Both the position numbers and the translations under genes were made by a program. The notes beneath the pieces were generated by a model. That model had not been told where the DNA came from. It searched no databases and was given only the letters and a program-made list of their open reading frames with translations. 64,000 nucleotides of DNA from the human T2T-CHM13v2.0 reference genome, Homo sapiens: positions 62,176,001 through 62,240,000 of the forward strand of contig CP086569.2 in the NCBI GenBank assembly GCA_009914755.4, in the 5' to 3' direction. How positions within the stretch are numbered: position 1 is the first letter of the stretch; the number at the start of each line of letters is the position of its first letter. Positions 1-13,249 of the stretch are shown here, piece by piece.

Positions 1-1165
1 AATTTTGTTTCTGCTTTGCATTCCCCTAATGACTGATGTTATTGAGCATGTTTTCATGCACATATTGGCCATTTGTGTGTCTTTGAAGAGATGTCTATTC
101 AAATCCTTTGCCCATTTTTCCATTTGTTTCTTTGTTTTAGTTGTTGAGTTGAAGATCTTTATCTATTGTGGATACAAGTTCCTTATCAGATATATGACTG
201 GTAAACATTTTCTCCTATTCTGTGGGTTGCATTTTCACATTATTGATTATATTTTTGGCAGGAAAAAAAGGTTTTGATTTTGAAGAAACGTAATTTATCT
301 ATTTCTTCTTTTGTCACTTGTGCTTTTCTTGTTGCGTCTAGGAATACTATGCCTAATCCAAGGTCACAAATATTTACTCCTATGTTTTATTCTAAGAGTT
401 TTGTAGTTTTGGCTCATACATTTATGTCTATGATTTTGAGTTAATTTTTTGTACAGCATATGATTTGAAGTAGGAGTCCAACTTCATTCTTTTGCATGTG
501 GCTATTCAGTTGTTGCAGCACCATTTGTTGAAGAGATTATTCTTTCTCCATTAAATTGTGCTGACTCCCTTGTAGAAAATCAATGGATCATAAACGTAAG
601 GTTTTATTTCTGGACTCTCAATTATATTACATTTGACTATATGTATATCCTTATTCCAGTACTATACCATCTTGATTACTGTAGTATTGTAGTAAGCTTT
701 GAAGTCAGAAAGATTTAATACTTTTATTTTGTTCTTCCTTTTCAAGATTGTTTTGACTATTCTGTACCCCTTGCATTTCCATATGAATTTTAGGGTTCAT
801 TCATGAATTTTTGCAAAAAAATCTGGCTGGGACTTTGATAGGGATAATGTTTTCTGTAGATCACTTTGGAGAGTATTTCTATCTTAACAATATTAAATCT
901 TTCAATCTACGAATATGGAGTGTCTTTCCATTTATATAGGTCTGCTTTAACTTCTTTCAACAATGTTCTGTGGTTTTCAGTGTATGTCTTGTATTTTTTT
1001 GTTAAATGTATTCCTATTTTATTCTTTTAGATGCTATTGTAAATGGAGTTGTTTTCTTAATTGCATTTTCAGGTTGTTCATTGCTAGTGTATAGATATAC
1101 AACTTACTTTTGTATATTGATTAATCTTGTATATTGCCATGTAGCTGAACTTGTGTGTGTGTGTG
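1..1165 (-). mobile_element. L1 (LINE-1) ORF2/3'-region fragment, antisense on + strand, old subfamily
   Basis: Continuous similarity to the antisense strand of the L1 ORF2 3' half (e.g. 'ttgagcatgttttcatgcacatattggccatttgtgtgtctttgaagagatgtctattcaaatcctttgcccattttt'); no long ORF; runs off the window start. Confidence 0.8.
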
Positions 1166-1276
1166 TATTTTAAATAGAGAATTTGCTATGGAATTTTGTT
1201 ACAAATAGATATATATAATTGCAAAAATAATTTTGTGTGCATACTCACACGTGCGTGCACACACACACACACACCC
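1151..1276. repeat. Microsatellites: (GT)n 1151-1172 and (CA)n 1253-1276, mutually complementary and ~80 bp apart
   Basis: Direct reading of gtgtgtgtgtgtgt ... cacacacacacacacac. Confidence 0.9.
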
Positions 1277-4200
1277 TGTAGGCTGTTGGGTAACAGCAGT
1301 GGAAAAAATAAGTAAAAAGTCTAACTGGAGAGTAATGAGATTACTAGTGCCTAAATCTCAGAATTCTTAGTCAAAACTTGCAGTAAAAAGTGAAAGTGAA
1401 CACATCCCAGTTTAATCTTTTACCCCAATGTCTTTAAATTGCTTCGCATTTTACTTTATTAAAAGCAAAAGTTAATCTTCTTTATCAGCTCAGAGCTATT
1501 TTAGATGCTTCCCAATCTTCAGTCTTCCTTCCCCTGTAACTACTCCCTCTTTATTTAGAAGGCATACAATAGACATTAACCCTAATGTAGAGAAGTAGTG
1601 TGGCATGGGAGTTGAGGGTATGGGCTCTGGAGTTAAACTGCTTGGGTTCAAATCTCATTTATGCTATATATTTGCTGTTTTGCCTAAAACATACCTTTAC
1701 CTCTCTTGGCCTCAGTTGCCCTATTCTAAAATGTGGGTTATTTTGGCACCTTCCTTAGAGGATTTTTGTGAGATTATGTATATAAAATACCTGAAACAAT
1801 ACACTGTAAATGCTCAATAAATGCAAGGATGTCATTAATATTACATGTCAACCAGTTGGCATATAAGGAGATCTGTCTCCAGCCTGGGAAGATTTTAAAA
1901 TAAGCAAACAAAGCATCTTATTTTTAGCCTTTGGGCATCTGCTTTTCCTTGGCTTGTTGGAGAGAGTGTTCCTAAGGGATTCCCTTTTTAAAAGTTGGGG
2001 GCATGAAGAAGAAAGTGCCAGAGGGAGACAGTGAAAGACTCCAAGAAAGCAGAGAAGACAAATAGAAAGGAGAAGAAAGTTAGAAGGAGGAGAAACCAAA
2101 GAGGCCAGGGAGAGGAAAGTAGGTGGCTGGGGAGAGAAAGTATAACAAGAATAAAGTTCATGAAGGTAGGATGGTTGGGGGAGACCTTGTAATACAGAGC
2201 TAAGAACTTTATTGAAGTTTAACAGAAAAGAAACCCTTGTTTGAAAGGAAGAGATTGGCTATATTTAGTACTGGGTAGGATGTCAGTTCTGAAAATAAAC
2301 TGCTCCCAGAACTGAAAGCAATCCTCTGCACTGTTGTCACCTGCAGCATGCTGGCCTCCCTTATAGAGGAGAGTGGAACATGGTCATATCAGCTACCTCA
2401 GAGTTTCTGACATTCACAAGGACTTGCCCCACTTTGTCTCCTTGTCCCATTCCTAAGTTTTAAAACTTCTGATTAATGAGAAAATAATTTATACAGCTGA
2501 GAAAAGTGAAGTATATGTTGGTGTGTATGTGGAGCAGGGAAGTATCCTGCTAAGTTAATACAGGAATCTAAACACCATGTGGCCAGGTGCTTAATGCAAT
2601 ATTCACCACATCCATGGTACACATCTGGCATACCACTGTAGACACAGGGACCTAGTCAGAAGTATGACAGGCCATATATAAAGATATATTTGAAGCATCC
2701 GATAGGTGTCATAGAGGTAAGTTCTCTATGCAGATGTCATGCTTGTGTGACTTAGGGAACTCACATAGGGCATGCAGATAGGCTCAGGTTAGGATACATT
2801 AGGAAAAGACAGAGAATTCATGATTTGAGCCATCAAAAACAGAATGCATGTGGAGGAGGATGGAAATGAGGAGAAAGTTTTCCTTTTCCAACAGGAATAA
2901 ATATAATTGTGTTCATAGGTACAATGCCATCTACTGCTCCTTTACAAGACACAGAGACTTACAGGTACATTTAGATACATACACACACAAATACAAACAA
3001 CATATGTTGTGTTGGGAAAATATAGGTGATGCCTTTCACTGAATGAGAAAAAAAAACTAGAAAATGGGTATTTTGATGGAACAAAATATAACTAGAATTC
3101 TAACTTCTAACTTTAATTCATCACTTCCACTATTACCACTCTCTCATCTAGACAGTTGCGATAGCTCCCTAATTGTTTTCCTGCTTCCAACATAAACCCC
3201 TCTTCTGAATATATACTCTACAGGGCAGCCAGAGAGATCTTTTTAAAATCACAAGTCATATTCTGTCATTCCTCTGCACAAAACCCTACAATATCTTCTC
3301 AGCTCACCCTGAGTAAAATGCAAAATATTTAACATGGTCTGCAAGACTCCACGTGATGTAACCCTCTGATACCTCTCTGGTTTCATTTACTACTAATCTT
3401 CCCTCACCCTTCCCACTCTAGGCATAGGCGTGCTGATCTCTTTGCTCCTCCTAGAACACATCAAGTACATTCTGGCCTCAGGGATTTGCATTTACTGTTT
3501 CCTCTCTGTGGGAGAAGCCTTCCCCATATAGCTGGATGGCTTGCTCCCTCACTTTGAGACTCACCTCAAATGTCACTTAGTGAGGGAGACTTTCCATAAC
3601 CATCATATATAAAATAGCAATTCTCCTCACCCTTTGTCATGTTTGATGGAGAAAGGAAGATAACGAGTACAGCCGTCTGATAGGTAGTTGGATATGTGGG
3701 TCTAGAGTTCAGCTAGAGGTCTGAGCCAGAGATGTAGATTTGGTATTTTCCATCACCCCAGGCAAGGAGAATAATGCTTGTAATGGTCTGGAGGTGATGG
3801 ATGTATCATGCTTTCTGCATGATACATCCAAGGATCATTTGGGACTTTTTGAAAATGCAGCTTCTCTGGGTCTCACTCAAGATCTCTGAACAAAAAATCT
3901 CTGGAGGCAAGGTTTAGGAGTATGTAGCTTGATAAAGTTCCATATATAATTCTGATGTGCAGCCCTGCCTGAGAATCACACTCTAAAAAGAAACACGCAC
4001 CTCCACCAAATTTACTAGTAATTCCAACAGAGTGGTCACATGAGATGGGTGCCCATCAGCAGTGGATTGGATAAACAAGTATATATTTCCTCCACATCTC
4101 AGTAAATGGAACAACTTTTCTTCATCCACACAGTCCCTACAATGATTCAGGCCACAGTCATCTCTGACTTGACTTATTGACAGATTCTATTGCAGTTTAT

Positions 4201-5261
4201 GTGTTTATATAACTGTATTTCTCTTCAGTATTAGGCCATTTTGGCTAGCCCATCATTATTTAACCCCTCTGTTCTTCTATCCATTTGTTTTAGCAGACTG
4301 TGAGTAATGAGAGGATGAAACGATTCATTTATTCGTTCAACCAATATGTATTGATAACCTACTACATGGCATACCATGTCACATTCATTTCCGTATCTCA
4401 CATATCAAGTATATTGCCTTACCTTAAGTATGTACTCCATATATGTTTGTTTTATATTCAAACTTACTGTGTCACAGATAAGGAAAATAGGGCCTAGAGA
4501 TGAAGAATGACTTGCTAAAGCCACACAGCAGGTAAGTCCAGTTTTCTCTACATAGAACCACTTTGTCCCTCCCTCACACACTTCCATTATTGGTAACATT
4601 GCTCCTAAACTATTTGTCAGCTTCTGTGGCAAAGAAATAATTATCTCCATCCCCATAGGCTTTTCAGTTAAGAATCTATGTTCCCTTGGCATTGCTTACA
4701 ATGCTGGTGTCACCACTGCTGAATCAGGATGTCCACAGATCAGCTTTTTATCTGGCACTTCTAAAGAGCTCCTGCTGACTTCAATAGAATATGGATAGAG
4801 CTGGCCTCCTATAGGAACTTTCAGGCTCTCAAATGGATTTGGGATGTGTCCTGGGAGAAAGAGAATGAGGAAAGACTTTCAGAATTTGTGTGGAAGCATG
4901 TGTTTTATAAAAACAAAACATGACAAAATGAGTTATAAGAGAGAATTGATTGGGTTTATGGATGAAGTTCCTGATAATGATTACTTTTGACACTATATTG
5001 GACTATCACATAAAGTTGGTTCTTTATGTCTAATCTATTTCCACTTGCTACAATTTAGTAAAAACCTAAATAAGTTTAGTACATTCTAGGAATATAAATA
5101 AGTCATGCAATGTGTAGCCTTCTAGAGAAAATTTCTGCTTCTAATTTGCTCAAGCTGAGCGTAAGGGACCCTCTTAGAATGGTTTAGAAACATGTTGTTT
5201 TGACATCTTTATATCTTTGTGCATGCCGTTTCTCTGCTCTCAATGGATCTTATTAATTCTT

Positions 5262-5516
5262 TTTTTTTTTTTTGACTCTTACACTGTTGCCCAGGCTGGA
5301 GTGCAGTGGCACAATCTCACTGCAACCTCTGCCTCCCGAGTAGCTGGGATTACAAGCGCCCACCATCACGCCCGGCTAATTTTTGTATTTTTAGTAGAGA
5401 CTGGGTTTTGCCATGTTGGCCAGGCTGGTCTCAAACTCCTGACCTCAAGTGATCCACCCACCTCGACCTCCCAAAATGCTGGGATTACAGGCATAAACCA
5501 TCACACCTGGCCAAAT
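5262..5516 (-). mobile_element. Alu SINE (minus orientation)
   Basis: Poly-T then the reverse complement of the Alu consensus (gagacagagtc-like ... ggctgggattacaggc ... cacctggcc); the ORF-track 173-aa ORF here is an Alu artefact. Confidence 0.9.
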
Positions 5517-6742
5517 TTATATTTAAATATCACTTTTTCTTGTAAGCATTTTATAATCTCCTCAATTACTGCATTAGGTATATTTCCTCTCTGCTCCTTT
5601 CCAAAACACATGTCACCCTTTGTTACATTTGTCTATTGGCTAGCTTTCCTACTAAATTATGAGCCCCTTGAAAACAGGGATTCATTTATTAATTATATAT
5701 TAACTAATAACATATCGCTATATATATATCTATATTAATAACATGTAACAAATTCATTTATTATTGTATCTTAATTTATTACTGTATCACCAGAGCCTGG
5801 TACAAAGCTGTCCCTCAATATATGTTTGCTGATTGTTGAATGAATCAAGGAGCTCCTAATTTAGTAAAGGAAATAGGCATGGAATCATGTAAATTATATT
5901 ACCATATGATGACGGCAAAAATAGAAGTATGTTTACCAGGTGAATTTATTTACTAATTCCTTTATTCCTCCATTCAACACACACAGAGGACTTCTGTCCC
6001 AAGTCTATTGGGAAACACAGAGAAGTAAGTAAGCCATTTAAATATAGTGCAGTACATGCTCTGACAACAGTTAAGTACATCCTCTATGACTCAATTGAAA
6101 AAAATACTTCCTCCAGGAAGCCTTCCTTGACTTCTTCAGATAGAGTTTGATTTCTCTTGTCTTTATCTCTCATCTGTATCCCTAAACTTTATGTGCTTTC
6201 TTCAAATATAATGAATATTATGTTCTACATCTATTGTAATCACTGGTTTTAATGTGTTTGACTTTTCCACAAGCCAATGAGCCCCTTGAGGGCAGAGCCA
6301 TTTTGATGCACACTGGAATAGAGTAGTAATCTCTCAGAAAATAATAGTAATGCCTACCATTTGTTGAGTGCCTATATTACTTATTACTTACATTATCTCA
6401 AGTCATTCTGTTTTCAACAAAGACTTTATTGTCCCTATTTTACAAATGAAGAAACTGAGGCTCAGAGGCTTAAGTAAGTTAACCAAGTATCACAAAACTA
6501 ATTTATGGAACTGGTTGTAAGCCCAGGTCTGACTTCCAAGGCCTTAGCATAAGGATTGGCTTAGCTTTGGAATTGTTTTCTATAGTTACTATTTATTTGA
6601 ACCTTGAAGTACATTAAACTTAGGGGGACTCAGTTGGCAGATTCTTAACCAGGTTTCAGGTGCTTAGATCCTTTTTCAGCAGAGATAATTCCAGGTAAAA
6701 CTGTAACAGCGACAAAGTTTGTGTCTTTCTTTGACTCTAAAG

Positions 6743-7086
6743 CAGAGATCCCTAAACTTTTTGGCACCAGGGACCGGTTTTGTGGAAGACAATTTTTCCA
6801 CCACGGTGGTGGTAGGAGGGGATGGTTTGGAGATGAAACTTTTCCGCCTCAGATTGTCAGGCATTAGTTAGATTCTCATAAGGAGCATGCAGCTTAGACC
6901 CCTCTCCTGTGCAGCTCACAATAGGGTTCACGCTCCTATGAAAATCTAATGCCACTGCTGATTTGACAGGAGGTGGAGCTCAGGTAGTCATGCTCCCTCA
7001 GGGGCCACTCACCTCTTGCTGTGTGGCCTGGTTCCTAACAGGCCGCCGACCCCTACCGGTCCATGGTCTGCGGGCTGGGGACCCAT
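6743..7086. mobile_element. Interspersed repeat, likely a non-autonomous DNA transposon (palindromic 'ggcaccagggaccggtttTGTGGAAGACAATTTTTCCAC...ggtccatggtctgcgggctggggaccc' family); exact family not assigned
   Basis: Matches a repeat I recognise as widespread in the human genome, with terminal inverted similarity (ccagggaccgg / ccggtcc..ggggaccc) and the internal 'ctcataaggagc..gcagctcacaatagggttc.cgctcctatga.aatctaatgcc' motif. Confidence 0.5.
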
Positions 7087-7559
7087 GCTTTAAAGTACAT
7101 GCCATGATTTGGTCCAAAATGTCAATCCTTATACATTTTCCTGGAATTTGTCTCTAATATTGAATGCTTTTAAACTTCCTTCTTCATTTATTTTTTCCCA
7201 TTGACTCCTTCCTTTCACTTGAAAATCCACTGGGTTATCCTGTGTTGAAATCTTATAACTCTGCCATGATTTTTTAGTTTCCTCTCAACATACTGAGATT
7301 TGACATTTTACCCCACCACCAAAACCATTTTCAATAAGTCACCAATACCCTATGGGGCTAAATTCATTGAATACTTTAAATTACCTATCCTAATTTCTCT
7401 TCACTATTAGCCCATTTTGACTACCCCATCTTTATTGAAACTCTCTCTGCTCTTCTGTGACAATGTGTATCCTGATTCCTTTCTAACATCTGCTTACTCC
7501 TTCTCTTGTTTCTTCACTGATTCTTCTTATTTTAATTTCAATTTCATTTTAGATTCAAA

Positions 7560-8035
7560 AAAAACAGAATTTGTTCTTTTTCATGGCTGCATAGTATTCC
7601 ATGGTGTATATGTGCCTTATTTTCTTTATCCAGTCTACCACTGATGGGCACCTAGGTTGATTCCATGTCTTTGCTATTGTGAATAGTACTGTGATGAACA
7701 GGCACATGCATGTGTCTTTTTGGTAGAACTATTTATTTTCCTTTGGTTATATACCCAATAGTGGGATTGCTGGGTCGAATGGTAGTTCTATTTTAAGCTT
7801 TTTGAGAAATCTCCAAACTGCTTTCCAAAGTAGTTGAACTAATTTACATTCTCAACAACAGTGCATAAGTGTTCCCTTTTCTCTGCAGCCTTGCCAGCAC
7901 CTATTTTTTTTTTTTTTTTACTTTTTAATAGTAGCCATTCTGACTGGTGTGAGATGGTATCTCATTGTGGTTTTGATTTGCATTTTTCTGATTAGTGATA
8001 TGGAGCATTTTTTCATATGTTTGTTGGCTATATGA
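7560..8035 (-). mobile_element. L1 3'-region fragment (antisense)
   Basis: 'ttcatggctgcatagtattccatggtgtatatgtgcc...atccagtctaccactgatgggcac...ttgctattgtgaatag...tgtgagatggtatctcattgtggttttgatttgcatttt' is typical L1 ORF2 C-terminal antisense. Confidence 0.85.
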
Positions 8036-8854
8036 TTCTTCTTTATCCTTTTGCTCTCTAACTGTTCCACATGGTAACACAGTCCTTTTCACTCTCCCTT
8101 TCCTCTACCTCAGCAATTTCATCCATTTTCAAAACTCCAATGATCTCTTTCGTGTTAACAAGCCTTAAAATTCCTCAAGTTCCTCTCCTGTCTTGTCACT
8201 TAAATTCTAGTACCATATCTCTAACTTTGTACCAAATATTCCTACTTGAAAATGTCTCATCTTTACCTCAAATTCAACACTTCTAAAGAATAACTCAAAG
8301 ATCTCATTATCTTCCCTATTTATGGTATAGTGAAAGGAATACTAGACCAAGTGTCAGGAGACTTGGATTCTACTCCTGGCTCTGCCACTAACTTGGTATT
8401 TCCTGGTTTTTCTCAACAAGAGTTTATCTTATGAAAATCACAGTAAACAGTACTTTGAAGGGGTCATATATGAATCTTCAAGGAGCTAATTCTAGTTGGA
8501 AAGATAAGACATATACATAAGTTACTACAGTACAAATTAAAAAGTGATAAATACCGTAAGAGAAGTATAACTACATTGTCATGAGAGTTCAGAGGTATTT
8601 CTGGATGATGAGACAATGAATTATATTGTAGAGAAAATAATATTTGATGTAGTCTTTGGACTATTTGGAGGCAGAAACAATAATACCTGATTCATTTATG
8701 AGTGGAGGCTAACAGAGAGAAAGGTTAAATAGATGCTAAAGCTTCAAACTTGTGTAACTAAAGCATTTGTGATGTCATCTCAAATAAAAGAGAAATCAGG
8801 ATGAGCAGGTAGCTTGTGGTTTTGAATACAATTTTATAATTGAGGTTGGTCTCA

Positions 8855-9385
8855 CACCAGTCCGAATGGCTATTATTAAGAAGTCAAAAATCAACAGATG
8901 TTGGCAAGGCTGCAGATAAAAGAGTATGCTTATACACTGTTGGTGGGAATATAAATATAAATTAGTTCAACCACTGTAGAAAGCAGTTTGGAGGTTTCTC
9001 AAAAAAAACTTAAAACAGAACCACCATTCAACCCAGCAATCCTAATATTGGGTATATATCCAAAGGAAAATAAATCATTCTACCAGAAAGACACATGCAC
9101 TCATATGTTCTTTGCAGCACTATTCACAATGGCAAAGACATGGAATCAATCAACCTGGGTGCCCATCAGCAGTGGATTGGATAAAGAAAATATGGTACAC
9201 CATGGAATACTATGCAGCCACAAAAAAGAACAAAATCATGTTCTTCGCTGCAACATGGATGCAGCTGGAGGCCATTTTCCTAAGTGAAATAATACAGGAA
9301 CAACAAAAAAAAACCCCTCATGTTCTCACTTATAAGTGGGAGCTTAACATTGGGTACTCAGGGACATAAAGATGGCAATTGGGTA
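8855..9385 (+). mobile_element. L1 3' fragment (sense) covering the ORF2 C-terminus
   Basis: Translates as ...[16 protein letters not shown]...ILGIYPKE...[35 protein letters not shown] (L1 ORF2 end), followed by A-rich tail remnants. Confidence 0.85.
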
Positions 9386-10329
9386 GCCTGCTTACTACCT
9401 GGGTGACAGGATTAATCATACCCCAGCCAAAGTTCTTTACAACTCTAATATCATATATTTATTCCTTTAAACTGACCTCCCCCTTCCAACTTCTCAGTAT
9501 GCAATGGTATCATATTCAACTGAAAACATCTCATCCTTACTTCCCATTCTCACTGTCAATTCCCTAACCAGGCCCTTATCATCTTCTGTTTAGATTACTC
9601 CAAAATACCCCAATTTGGCTGACCTGACTCTAGTATCTCCCCACTCCTATATATCATGCCCAGTGTATCTTTCTTAAATGTGGCTTATTTTCATATTTTA
9701 TTCCTTTGTTCTAAAATTTATTTCTAATTCCCAGAGCATTAAGTCTAAATTGCCTGTCATTCGAGTTATTCTCCAGCACTATATATTCCAATCCTCTCTT
9801 CAATATACCTCTTACATAAGACAGTTTGAATGTTTCACTCTTTGCAGACTCCATGCACATTGCTACCAATCCAGATTTCCATGTGAATTCCTTCATGTGA
9901 ATTATATATGGTTATTCATTTTCTGCCCAGATCTCAATTCCTCTTTGAATCCTTACCTATCTAATTTATTTCAACATTTGTAACTCCTTCATCACTTTCA
10001 CCCATGCCCTAGTCTCTTTTTCAGTATGCTCTGTTAGATATACTCTCCCTTCTTTCAATATGTTTTTGAGTTAACTGTCATATCAGAAATGATCTGAACA
10101 ACCGGTTACTACAAAGCATGGAAAGGTGTATTTTATTCATTACAAAATCATAACTCAGAGGTTTCTAAAACAGACTTAGTAAAGAAGATATTTCCAAGGC
10201 AGGGTGACTTTTCTGGTGTCCTTCAAGGTTACTTATTTATTTATTGAAAATCAATGGCTTTCAGAAATAGATGTGTTGATCTGTGCTGAGACAATATATC
10301 CAAATTCAACTGGAATTGAATTAATGTCA

Positions 10330-10470
10330 GCAAGGTGCCTTAAAAAGAGAAAGAAGGCATTGGATTGGGAAACAGGAGACCTGTGTTCACTACTAGGCCC
10401 AATGCTGCCACTTACTAGCTGTATGATCTTGGACAACTCAATGAATCTGTCAAAATATGTTTTCTGAAGA
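10330..10470. repeat. MIR SINE fragment
   Basis: MIR core 'ctaggcccaatgctgccacttactagctgtatgatcttggacaa'. Confidence 0.7.
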
Positions 10471-11039
10471 GTACACCATTAACTAAGGAGCTAAGAAAAC
10501 AAATTTTCTGAAGTGCACTGCTACAACAATCTAACAAGTTTGTAAAAGAAGTTGTCTGGCAATACATAGTGAGTTTTGTAATGTCTCAACATCAAATTTC
10601 TGTATATAATTGTACTATAGTGATAGCCTATCAAAAATCACGGAACTTCGAGTTGTCTTTTAGAAACAAAACAGCTTAAAGAACAAATAAAGATATTCAT
10701 GTAGATTTCCAAAAATTGGTTATCCATTCATTCAATAAGTATTAATTTAGTGATCAGTATGCTAGGCCTTGGGGATGTGGCAGTGAAGACAAATATAATA
10801 AATATTATATCTGCCCTCAAAGAGATCACTGTCTAAATTGGGAGACAGACAATTATAATAAAGTGTGATAAGTTCTGCAATGATGGTAAGCACAAAGGGG
10901 GCCTCTGGAGCACAAAGAAGAGGACAAATCTGTTCTAAACTGGTCTTTTGAAGAGAGAGGTGATTAGGCAAGGCTTTTCCTGCAATAAGTGACTGCTAGG
11001 CCTATAGGATATTCAGGAATATTATCTTAGTCTTATTGG

Positions 11040-11400
11040 GCTACTGTAACAAAATACCTTTGACTAGATAACTTATAAACAACAGAAATGTATTTCTTAC
11101 AGTTGTAAAGGCTGGGAAGTCCAAGATTAAGGTGTTACCAGTGTCTGGGGGAGTCCGACTTCCTCATAGACAGCACCTTCTCACTGTGTCCTCACATGAT
11201 GGAAGTGCCAAGGCAGGTCTTCGGGGCCTCTTTTATAAGAGAACTAATCCCATTCATGAGGGCTCCACATACATTATTTAGTCACCTCCCAAAGGCCCCA
11301 CCTCCTAATATTATCATATTGGTAGATAGGTTTCAACACAGGAATTTTGGAGAGACACAAATATTCAGACCATAGCATTTACCAAATAATTTTTAAAAGT
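11040..11400. mobile_element. Old LTR-like interspersed repeat (ERVL/MaLR-type LTR, family not assigned)
   Basis: 'acttataaacaacagaaatgtatttcttacagttgtaaaggctgggaagtccaagattaaggtg...cctcacatgatggaag...cttttataagagaactaatcccattcatgagggctcc...ctcccaaaggccccacctcctaatattatca' is a very common human repeat consensus. Confidence 0.6.
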
Positions 11401-11439
11401 TAGAACAAAAATCCCTGAAGGGATTTGCAGATGGTTGGA

Positions 11440-11600
11440 TACTGTGGTATAGTGGTTAAAAGTACAAGCTCTGGAGTGAGACAGCCTGAGTCAGCCTGAG
11501 TTAAAATCCTAGATCTGCAAACTGCCAACTGTGTAACCTTGGACAAGTTACTTAAGGTCTTTGGACCTTGGTTTCTCATTTTAAAAATCAGTATAATTCA
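11440..11600. repeat. MIR SINE fragment
   Basis: MIR-like 'tggttaaaagtacaagctctggagtgagacagcctgagt...taaaatcctagatctgcaaactgccaactgtgtaaccttggacaagttacttaa'. Confidence 0.65.
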
Positions 11601-12299
11601 TTAATATGCCTCATAGGTTTGTTGTGAGAATTAAATAGGTTAAAACATGTAAAATTCATAGAACAGCACCTGGCAAAGAGTAAACATGTCACCCTGCCCA
11701 CTTGAATGTCAATTCCAGGAGCGCAGGAAATCTAGCTGTTGAATTACTAGCCTTTAGTGAGTGGCCCATAGCAGGCATGGTTGAATGAATGAATGATCAT
11801 CAATTTAACTTTTTTTGTCATGGGTATCATCCTAAGAGGTAAGAAGGCTGAATAATCCCAATTGTTTTCATTGTTGCCTTAATATAGGCCCACAGAGTAA
11901 AGGAGGGAAAGGAATTAGGCAACCCAGCTATTCAACTTTAAAGCTAGACTTTAAAACATAAAAGGGCTTCAAATTGAAATCATCTCTTGCCTCTCCTATG
12001 GGTTACATTAGAGCAAGAACAATTTCTTAACATTCATAGCTACTATTCATGGGGTGCTTGCTATATGCCAGAGAGGTTAATTGAATTGCCTCAAGGGAGG
12101 TAGCTCCCAGGTTGAGGAGCAAAAATTTGAACCCTGATCTATTTGACCTGAATCTAGTTAGTACAGTGCTTGACACATAGTTAATGTGCAATAAATATTT
12201 GTTGAATAAGTGTAGATGAACCTACAGTGAATCACAAAAGAGAATTTACAGGAGATTTCCTGACTAGAAATTCCAAATGGGAAAAGAGAGCTGGATTTG

Positions 12300-12425
12300 T
12301 TTAGAAATTACACACACGCACATACACAGGCATGCACGCATGCACACACACATATACCTACATACATGTCATCACAACTGTTTGGAGCACCTTAAACACA
12401 TACATACACACAGGAGCATGCAGAC
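12300..12425. repeat. CA-rich imperfect microsatellite (cacacacgcacatacacaggcatgcacgcatgcacacacaca...)
   Basis: Direct reading. Confidence 0.8.
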
Positions 12426-13249
12426 CCACACAGCCGTACTTTTTTAAATCTCATTATTTCTTTTGTCTTCTTAACACATCTGAGAGAGGGTAAATGACAG
12501 AGTGTCAGAGGTAGAAAGGACGTTAGCAATTACCTAATCAGATCCCCTCATGTTAATGTAAAAATTGACACTCTAGAGGGGAAGAAAATTGCTAAGGTCA
12601 CACAAGGAGTCAGAATAAGATTAAGAGTCTCAGTTTCCTGACTCACACAGTTTGTTTTACTCTGAACTGTCACCATTTACCATCTCAATTTTATAGATGA
12701 GGTAACCAAAGCATCCTAAGAATGCTGATGGCCAAGCTCCTGCCACTTGTCCATTGAAATAGGACTTGAAATCAGATCTCCTTTATTTTAAATATAAAGC
12801 TGCTGTCATCCAAGTTCTTCTGTCTGGATGCCCAGAAGAAAGATCCTTTCCTATTGAATTAAATAGTGGACTGAGGGTAATTTACAGAAAGCTTTGTCCT
12901 TGGCTTTAAGAGAAAATGTCCAAGGCTGCTTTATTTTCAGTCCCAGGGAGGCTGCATGAAGGCAGGAATCCACAACACCTAGCACAAAGGAAGGTACTCA
13001 ATAAATATTTGTTGTTGAATGCATGCCATGCTAAAGGGAAAGTAGGTTGGGTAATGGTTTCCCAGTGGCAATGGATGGGCTGAAAAAGTGGGAACACATG
13101 AGGAAGAGGTGGGAGGAACCCTTAAACAAAGGAGAAGCTCTTTCTCTTCATCTTATTGAAGCTGCAATCACTCGGCACAGGCTGAGTAGATTGGTAGAAA
13201 TGTGATTGGCAAAGATATTTAAATGAGACCTCCTTAAAATTGTTACTCT

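Noticed and set aside
4030-4080. Short L1-like motif 'gggtgcccatcagcagtggattggataaacaag'
   Set aside because: Too short (~45 bp) to call as a feature, although the same motif recurs in the L1 at 9160-9200; probably a tiny L1 fragment.
5217-5738. 173-aa ORF
   Set aside because: Runs through a minus-strand Alu (ORF text ...[68 protein letters not shown]...); a typical Alu-derived pseudo-ORF.
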